Shown here: positions 27,260 to 32,000 of the stretch, piece after piece | Position numbering within the stretch: the first letter of the stretch is position 1 | Layout of the letters: the number at the start of each line of letters is the position of its first letter | NCBI RefSeq assembly: GCF_000284455.1 | Contig: NC_017039.1 | Coordinates: 1,020,001-1,052,000 of the forward strand | From: Synechocystis sp. PCC 6803 substr. PCC-P | GTDB lineage: Bacteria > Cyanobacteriota > Cyanobacteriia > Cyanobacteriales > Microcystaceae | Direction: 5' to 3' | DNA: 32,000 nucleotides | Position numbers and translations under genes: made by a program | The notes under the pieces: model-generated | Told to the model about the DNA's origin: nothing | Databases searched by the model: none | What the model saw: only the letters and a program-made list of their open reading frames with translations

Positions 27260-28612
27260 ATGTCTTCCCCTCTGGTTCTTCCCAGTGATGGCCACTATTG
27301 GCTTAAAAATGCCCATATTCCCCCCAATTTGGTCAAAACCAAGGTAAATTTTCCCGAAAATTTTCAGTTTCCCAGGCCTTGGGAGGATTTAGGACTTTAC
27401 CATCTAGAAATTGCCGACGGCAAAATCAAAAATATCGTTGCTGTTGGGCAGGGGGAAGAGTCCGATTTAGTTACCGACGATGGTGTCCCCAGGGTGGATT
27501 TGAGTAAAAGAATGATCTTGCCCTGTTTTGTGGATATGCATACCCACTTAGATAAGGGCCATATCTGGGGGCGATCGCCAAATGTTGATGGAACCTTTTC
27601 TGGAGCCATTGCTAGCACGGAAAGGGATGCTGAATTGCACCATAGCCCAGAAGATATTTACCGCAGAATGGAATTTGCCCTCCAATGTAGCTATGCCCAT
27701 GGCACGGCAGCGGTGCGTACCCACATAGAAATGGCTGGTCAGAAAAGTCAGATTGCTTGGCAAACTTTTCAACAACTGCGCCAAGCCTGGGCCGATCGCC
27801 TAACTTTACAAGGGGTGGCGATGGTTACCACGGATTATTATCTAGGCTCTGCAGGGGAAAAGTTAGCCGACCAGATGGCCCATGGGGGAGGAATTCTGGG
27901 GGGAGTGGCCTACGCTGGGCCCCAGGTGGAAGCCCAGTTAACCCGTTTGATGACCCTAGCCCAAGCCAGAAATTTGGCCATTGACCTGCACGTAGACGAA
28001 AATGGCGATCGCCGCTCCCGAGTATTGCATCAAGTAGCCGCCATCGCCTTAAAAGTCGGTTTCACCGGTCAAATTGTCTGTGGGCACTGTTGCAGTTTAG
28101 ATGTGCAATCCCCCCAGCAAGTCCAGCAAACATTGGCTTTAGTCAAACAGGCTAATATCGCTATCATTAGTTTGCCCCTTTGTAACCTGTACCTCCAGGG
28201 CCGCCATCAACCCCAGAAACCGGCCTGGAGAGGAATTACCAAAGTTCATGCCATTCACGCGGAGGGCATTCCCCTCGTCTTTGCCAGTGATAACTGTCGG
28301 GATCCGTTTTTTCCCTTTGGTGACCATGATGGCCTGGAAATTTTGAACCAATCCGTACGCATTGGCCAATTGGATCCTCCCTACGGTCACTGGTGTGCCA
28401 CCGTTAATCAAACCCCTGCCCAATTAATGGGACTTGCCGACTACGGCCGCCTTGCTGTGAATGGTCCAGCGGATCTAGTTATCTTTCCAGCCCGTTATTT
28501 CAGTGAGATCTTTTCCCGCCCCCAAGGCGATCGCCTAGTGATACGCAAAGGAAAACCCACCCACAAAAAAACACCGCACTACCAAGAGTTAGATGATTTG
28601 ATGGGAGCTTGA
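27260..28612 (+). CDS. codA: Cytosine deaminase-like amidohydrolase
   Basis: Metal-binding motif FVDMHTHLDKGH, and later HVDE, CGHCCSL and ASDN, matching the CodA/amidohydrolase pattern. Confidence 0.75.
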   Translation: MSSPLVLPSDGHYWLKNAHIPPNLVKTKVNFPENFQFPRPWEDLGLYHLEIADGKIKNIVAVGQGEESDLVTDDGVPRVDLSKRMILPCFVDMHTHLDKGHIWGRSPNVDGTFSGAIASTERDAELHHSPEDIYRRMEFALQCSYAHGTAAVRTHIEMAGQKSQIAWQTFQQLRQAWADRLTLQGVAMVTTDYYLGSAGEKLADQMAHGGGILGGVAYAGPQVEAQLTRLMTLAQARNLAIDLHVDENGDRRSRVLHQVAAIALKVGFTGQIVCGHCCSLDVQSPQQVQQTLALVKQANIAIISLPLCNLYLQGRHQPQKPAWRGITKVHAIHAEGIPLVFASDNCRDPFFPFGDHDGLEILNQSVRIGQLDPPYGHWCATVNQTPAQLMGLADYGRLAVNGPADLVIFPARYFSEIFSRPQGDRLVIRKGKPTHKKTPHYQELDDLMGA

Positions 28613-28660
28613 GGCAGTCAGTCCGGCCAAAGCTAATCATATTTGCGGCCAGCCAGTGGA

Positions 28661-29008
28661 CTAACCGAGTTTAAAAACATGGGGAAAAGCACTCTTCACC
28701 ATCAATCGGTCTTGCTTTGACAGAGAGCCAACACAGTCGAGGATATACTTGTGTTCTAGGGTGAACAGTTTCATCCTCACCACCGAAGGCGTAAACAATC
28801 CCGCTGAACGGGTGTCTTCAATGGGGGTATCGAGGGGCCAGGGGGCATTTTTTGCCGAAGTGATCATAGCCATAACACTGTGACCAATGCGGTTATTAAA
28901 AGCGGGGGCGTCGGACAAAATTAAAGCGGGGCGACGAATATCAGATTGCCTATCCGTGAAGGGAACTGGGACAATGACGACGTCAAATTGTTCGTAAATT
29001 GTATTCAT
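28661..29008 (-). CDS. MazF/PemK-family type II toxin (endoribonuclease)
   Basis: 115 aa. The opening FDVVIVPVPFTDRQSDIRRPALIL and the block ITS...PWPLD are typical of PemK/MazF. The start overlaps the upstream gene's stop as ATGA (29005-29008). Confidence 0.85.
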   Translation of the reverse strand: MNTIYEQFDVVIVPVPFTDRQSDIRRPALILSDAPAFNNRIGHSVMAMITSAKNAPWPLDTPIEDTRSAGLFTPSVVRMKLFTLEHKYILDCVGSLSKQDRLMVKSAFPHVFKLG

Positions 29009-29271
29009 AGGTGTCGGTATGCAGAATTATCAGCTTCAGAATTCCATTCGGTCATAGTGTCGGCGGTGGCAGCCATATAGTCGGCCCCAGCTTCCCCAAC
29101 TTTGCCGGGGGCAGGACCTTGGGCCCTCTCAGCTTGGGGAAGGACCATTCCCTGGGGGGCAACTAACACAATAACTTCTACGGAAGTACCAGCTGGACAC
29201 GGTAAATCCTGGAGCAGGAGCGTGCCATCTTCTGTCAATGTCGTAGCTAGTTTGTAAGCATTGATAGACAT
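29005..29271 (-). CDS. Cognate antitoxin (small acidic protein, with a possible swapped-hairpin/AbrB-like N-terminus)
   Basis: 88-aa ORF that is translationally coupled to the toxin through the 4-nt ATGA overlap. The disordered acidic C-terminal half is typical of antitoxins. Confidence 0.7.
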   Translation of the reverse strand: MSINAYKLATTLTEDGTLLLQDLPCPAGTSVEVIVLVAPQGMVLPQAERAQGPAPGKVGEAGADYMAATADTMTEWNSEADNSAYRHL

Positions 29272-29771
29272 TATGTAGCAGTGTGAAATGTGGACCCTTT
29301 ACAACCAAAAGAGTTTTAAATTTTCAACATTATCTTAGGCAATGATGAACCAGTGCAAAATAGATACTGAGGAGAAAATAGTCTTTGGTCGGATAGAAGA
29401 CATATTAGCAGAAAAGTAAACAATTCGTGGGAATAGTCACCTTTATAATTGTTTTTAACTCCGACAACCATAATCAGTCAGACCATGTATTGTCAATATT
29501 TACAGAACCTTTATTAGATAAGCCCTTTGCCCGGGACGACAAGCTAAAGTATGTACTAGTAAAATTCATTACTTTAAGATGAGAACTGTTCTCCAACTTC
29601 ACTTCTGAATGGTTTTTGTCCCAAATTTTGAACCAGCATGGGGCAGGGACCAAAGTAAACGATAATACTTTTTTCCCATTATTTTCCCAAGGAAATCTCC
29701 CTGGGTGGATGCAGTTATTACTTATCAATCTCAAGTTTAAAAGCTAGCTAGAAGATTTTAGGTCTTGGTGG

Positions 29772-30668
29772 TCATAGGCAAAATTGTCTGAGGGCGGCGG
29801 CGGTAGCTTCGGGTTGTTCCAGATGGGGCACATGGCCACAGGCATCAAGCCAGATTAATTGACTCTGGGGCAAAAGATTTTGGAATCGTTCAGCCGCTCT
29901 AACACCCAAAATTTTGTCCTGTTTACCCCAAATAATTAGGCTAGGCAAAGTAATTTGCCCCAATTGCTCGGCAAAGGAGCCATAACCACCACTTTTGCTG
30001 AAGGCAATCAATCCTTCGCTCCAACCCGGGCAGGTTAAATGGGCAGCGGCACAGAGGCGGGCATCTTCACTGGCTAGACTCCGGTTGTAATAGGCGGTCT
30101 GGCCAATACTTTGTCTGACCTGTGGGCTGGCTAAAAAATTGGTTAGCCAACGGTCCAACGGTGGAAACATGAGCCGACTGGCAAAGGGTTGTTTCGCGAG
30201 GCCAGCACTATCTATTAGCACTAGTTTTTTGACCCGTTCGGGAAAGCTGAGGCAAAAATCTAGGGCCACTGCTCCCCCCATGGATACCCCCACTAAGGTA
30301 ATGGGTTCTTGAATAATTGTTTGCCAAAAGTGGTCTAGGTGAATTTTGATGTTGGCTGGGGTGGGTAGTAATATCTTGGATCTAGTTGTGAAACCAAATC
30401 CCAGCAAATCAATGGCGATCGCCCGAAAATTTTTTTTGATTAGGGGCAGTAGGCGACGAAACTCCAACACCGAACTGTCAAAGCCATGTATAAAAAGCAT
30501 GGGTTCCCCCTGGCCTTCATCCATATAGTTGGTGTCCACGGTGATGGCACTGGGGTGGTCTGGGCCATGGATGGTTAGGGAAACTTGTTGCATTTGTCGC
30601 CAACATTCCCAGGAGGTTGCTTCAGTAAATGCCGGTGCGGGAAGGGTTAGGGAAGGAGTCATACTCAA
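29772..30668 (-). CDS. Alpha/beta-fold hydrolase
   Basis: HGFDSS oxyanion region, nucleophile elbow GVSMGG, and C-terminal CGHVPHLE. Confidence 0.85.
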   Translation of the reverse strand: MSMTPSLTLPAPAFTEATSWECWRQMQQVSLTIHGPDHPSAITVDTNYMDEGQGEPMLFIHGFDSSVLEFRRLLPLIKKNFRAIAIDLLGFGFTTRSKILLPTPANIKIHLDHFWQTIIQEPITLVGVSMGGAVALDFCLSFPERVKKLVLIDSAGLAKQPFASRLMFPPLDRWLTNFLASPQVRQSIGQTAYYNRSLASEDARLCAAAHLTCPGWSEGLIAFSKSGGYGSFAEQLGQITLPSLIIWGKQDKILGVRAAERFQNLLPQSQLIWLDACGHVPHLEQPEATAAALRQFCL

Positions 30669-30798
30669 ATGGTGCTGGCTAAAAATGGCGATCGATAATT
30701 GGGGTTAGGAGAAATTGGCCTACCCAAAAACCCCTGGGGAAGCCGTGGTAGGATTAGGCGAAAATAATCTCCCGACGAAAATTGGGGCGAAACTCACT

Positions 30799-30984
30799 AT
30801 GGATTCAGGCAAAATCGTGGCCATTGTCACCGGTGCCATCTCAATTATTTTAGCTGTAGCGTATCTAGTTTTAGTACAAATTCTCGACTTTCGTGGCGAA
30901 ATGGTGCCAGCGCCGATGGAAACCATGGGTCTGCTTACCCACATTACGGCGATCGCCAACGGCTCATTGTTGCCCTTTAGTTGA
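30799..30984 (+). CDS. Small single-pass membrane protein (hypothetical)
   Basis: ATG 30799 gives 61 aa with one clear TM helix (IVAIVTGAISIILAVAYLVLVQIL). The track ORF starts at TTG 30715. Coding status is uncertain. Confidence 0.4.
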   Translation: MDSGKIVAIVTGAISIILAVAYLVLVQILDFRGEMVPAPMETMGLLTHITAIANGSLLPFS

Positions 30985-31066
30985 GCATTGCCCGTTAGTT
31001 ATCCCCTAACCACGAACAGGGTCAGCTATAATCAGAACCGTACAAATCTTTACATTAAGCGTTGCC

Positions 31067-31333
31067 ATGGCTGTCTCGGCAAAAATTGAAATTTATACAT
31101 GGAGCACTTGCCCTTTTTGCATGAGAGCCCTGGCTTTATTGAAACGTAAAGGAGTAGAGTTCCAAGAATATTGCATTGACGGCGACAACGAAGCAAGGGA
31201 AGCCATGGCGGCAAGGGCCAACGGCAAAAGGAGCTTGCCCCAAATTTTTATTGACGACCAACACATTGGTGGCTGTGATGACATCTATGCCCTAGATGGT
31301 GCAGGCAAGTTGGACCCCCTGCTCCATAGTTAG
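31067..31333 (+). CDS. grxC: Glutaredoxin (dithiol CPFC class)
   Basis: IEIYTWSTCPFCMRALALLKRKG, SLPQIFIDDQHIGGCDD. Confidence 0.9.
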   Translation: MAVSAKIEIYTWSTCPFCMRALALLKRKGVEFQEYCIDGDNEAREAMAARANGKRSLPQIFIDDQHIGGCDDIYALDGAGKLDPLLHS

Positions 31334-31413
31334 GCTGGCTAATCTTATTCGTATATATATTATTTGTCTTCAACCATTACGGCTTCTGCCCCCATCCCAA
31401 GGATATTGACCCT

Positions 31414-32000
31414 GTGAAACTGGCTTTTATTATCGATCCCCTAGAAAAACTCGATCCGGGCCATGATTCCACCGTTGCCATCATGGAAGCGGCCCAAAAG
31501 TTGGGACACGAAGTTTTTGTCACATCAGTGGGGGATTTGGCCGTTATCAATGGCCAGGCCTGGGCTAAATTAGCGGCGGTACGCCTTCAGCCTGTGATTT
31601 TGGTCGATGGGCACTGGCAAGTTTCCCAACCTTGGTCCGAACTGTCCAAATCCCAGTGGATGGCCCTGACGGAATGCCAAGCAGTCTTTATGCGTAAGGA
31701 TCCGCCGGTGACCGTGCAATATCTCTACGCCACCTTCATTTTGGAGTTACTAGCCCCCACCAAGACCATGGTGATCAATTCCCCCCAGGGGCTACGGGAA
31801 GCCAATGAAAAAATGTACACCCTGCAGTTTGCTGCGGTGATGCCTCCCACGGTGGTTAGTTTGGACAAGGGCCTGATCCGCCAGTTTTTGGAAGAGCACG
31901 GGGCGGCAGTGTTAAAACCCTTGGGAGGTAAGGCCGGGGAGGGAATTTTGTTTCTCGATCCTGGCGATCGAAACTTCAACTCCCTGGTGGAGATTAGTAC
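31414..32000 (+). CDS. gshB: Glutathione synthetase, 5' portion (truncated by the window edge)
   Basis: A GTG start at 31414 gives MKLAFIIDPLEKLDPGHDSTVAIMEAAQKLGHEVFVTSVGDL..., colinear with the N-terminus of prokaryotic GshB. It stays open to position 32000 and is absent from the ORF track. Confidence 0.85.
   Translation, partial: MKLAFIIDPLEKLDPGHDSTVAIMEAAQKLGHEVFVTSVGDLAVINGQAWAKLAAVRLQPVILVDGHWQVSQPWSELSKSQWMALTECQAVFMRKDPPVTVQYLYATFILELLAPTKTMVINSPQGLREANEKMYTLQFAAVMPPTVVSLDKGLIRQFLEEHGAAVLKPLGGKAGEGILFLDPGDRNFNSLVEIS

Noticed and set aside
28625-28650. Imperfect hairpin GGCCAAAG-N9-TTTGCGGCC between the convergent codA-like and mazF-like genes, as a possible bidirectional terminator.
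   Set aside because: The stem is short and bulged, and no U-run follows on either strand. That is not enough to call an intrinsic terminator.
29474-29734. 86-aa ORF on the minus strand in the AT-rich spacer.
   Set aside because: It has low-complexity AT-driven composition, no recognisable motif and no obvious coupling to neighbours. I kept it only as part of the spacer finding and did not call it as a CDS.
1-32000. Search for tRNA, rRNA, CRISPR arrays, integrase/recombinase genes, prophage genes or known defence-system genes.
   Set aside because: No intergenic region showed tRNA-like T-arm/acceptor patterns. I saw no regularly spaced direct repeats and no integrase, transposase, restriction or Cas-like translations in the six-frame track. 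Apart from the MITE block and the TA pair, the window looks like core chromosome.

Overview
This window reads as ordinary cyanobacterial chromosome. The octamer GCGATCGC (HIP1) occurs about 30 times by hand scan, roughly one per kb. From memory, and not verifiable here, the gene order matches Synechocystis sp. PCC 6803 around slr1220 to slr1238: pcrA, spkF, purC, Omp85/SynToc75, prfC, SulP, sdhA, HIT, codA-like, ssl2245-sll1130 TA pair, grxC, gshB. I support 34 protein-coding genes. One of them, a 58-aa Bfd-like ferredoxin, falls below the ORF-track cutoff. Another, gshB, starts with GTG and runs off the 3' edge of the window. I found no rRNA, tRNA or CRISPR array. Most of the window is housekeeping. 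The most unusual structure is at 1067-2531. Two ~223-nt MITE-like units lie in inverted orientation, at about 93% identity. Each has its own 15-20 nt terminal inverted repeats and TA junctions. Together they bracket a single orphan 311-aa ORF in the convergent gap between a PRC-barrel gene and pcrA. By eye, that ORF has a CxxC-x14-CxxC module followed by motifs spaced like a minimal protein-kinase core. Secondary points of interest:
- a MazF/PemK toxin-antitoxin pair next to a 500-nt spacer of about 35% G+C
- the unlisted bfd gene with a Fur-box-like site upstream
- a GtrA plus large polytopic (GT-C-like) membrane protein pair
- a secreted protein made of two Cys-bracketed SH3b-like modules
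- an orphan MalK-like ATPase with an internal insertion
All functional calls come from reading the translations by eye. No searches were run.
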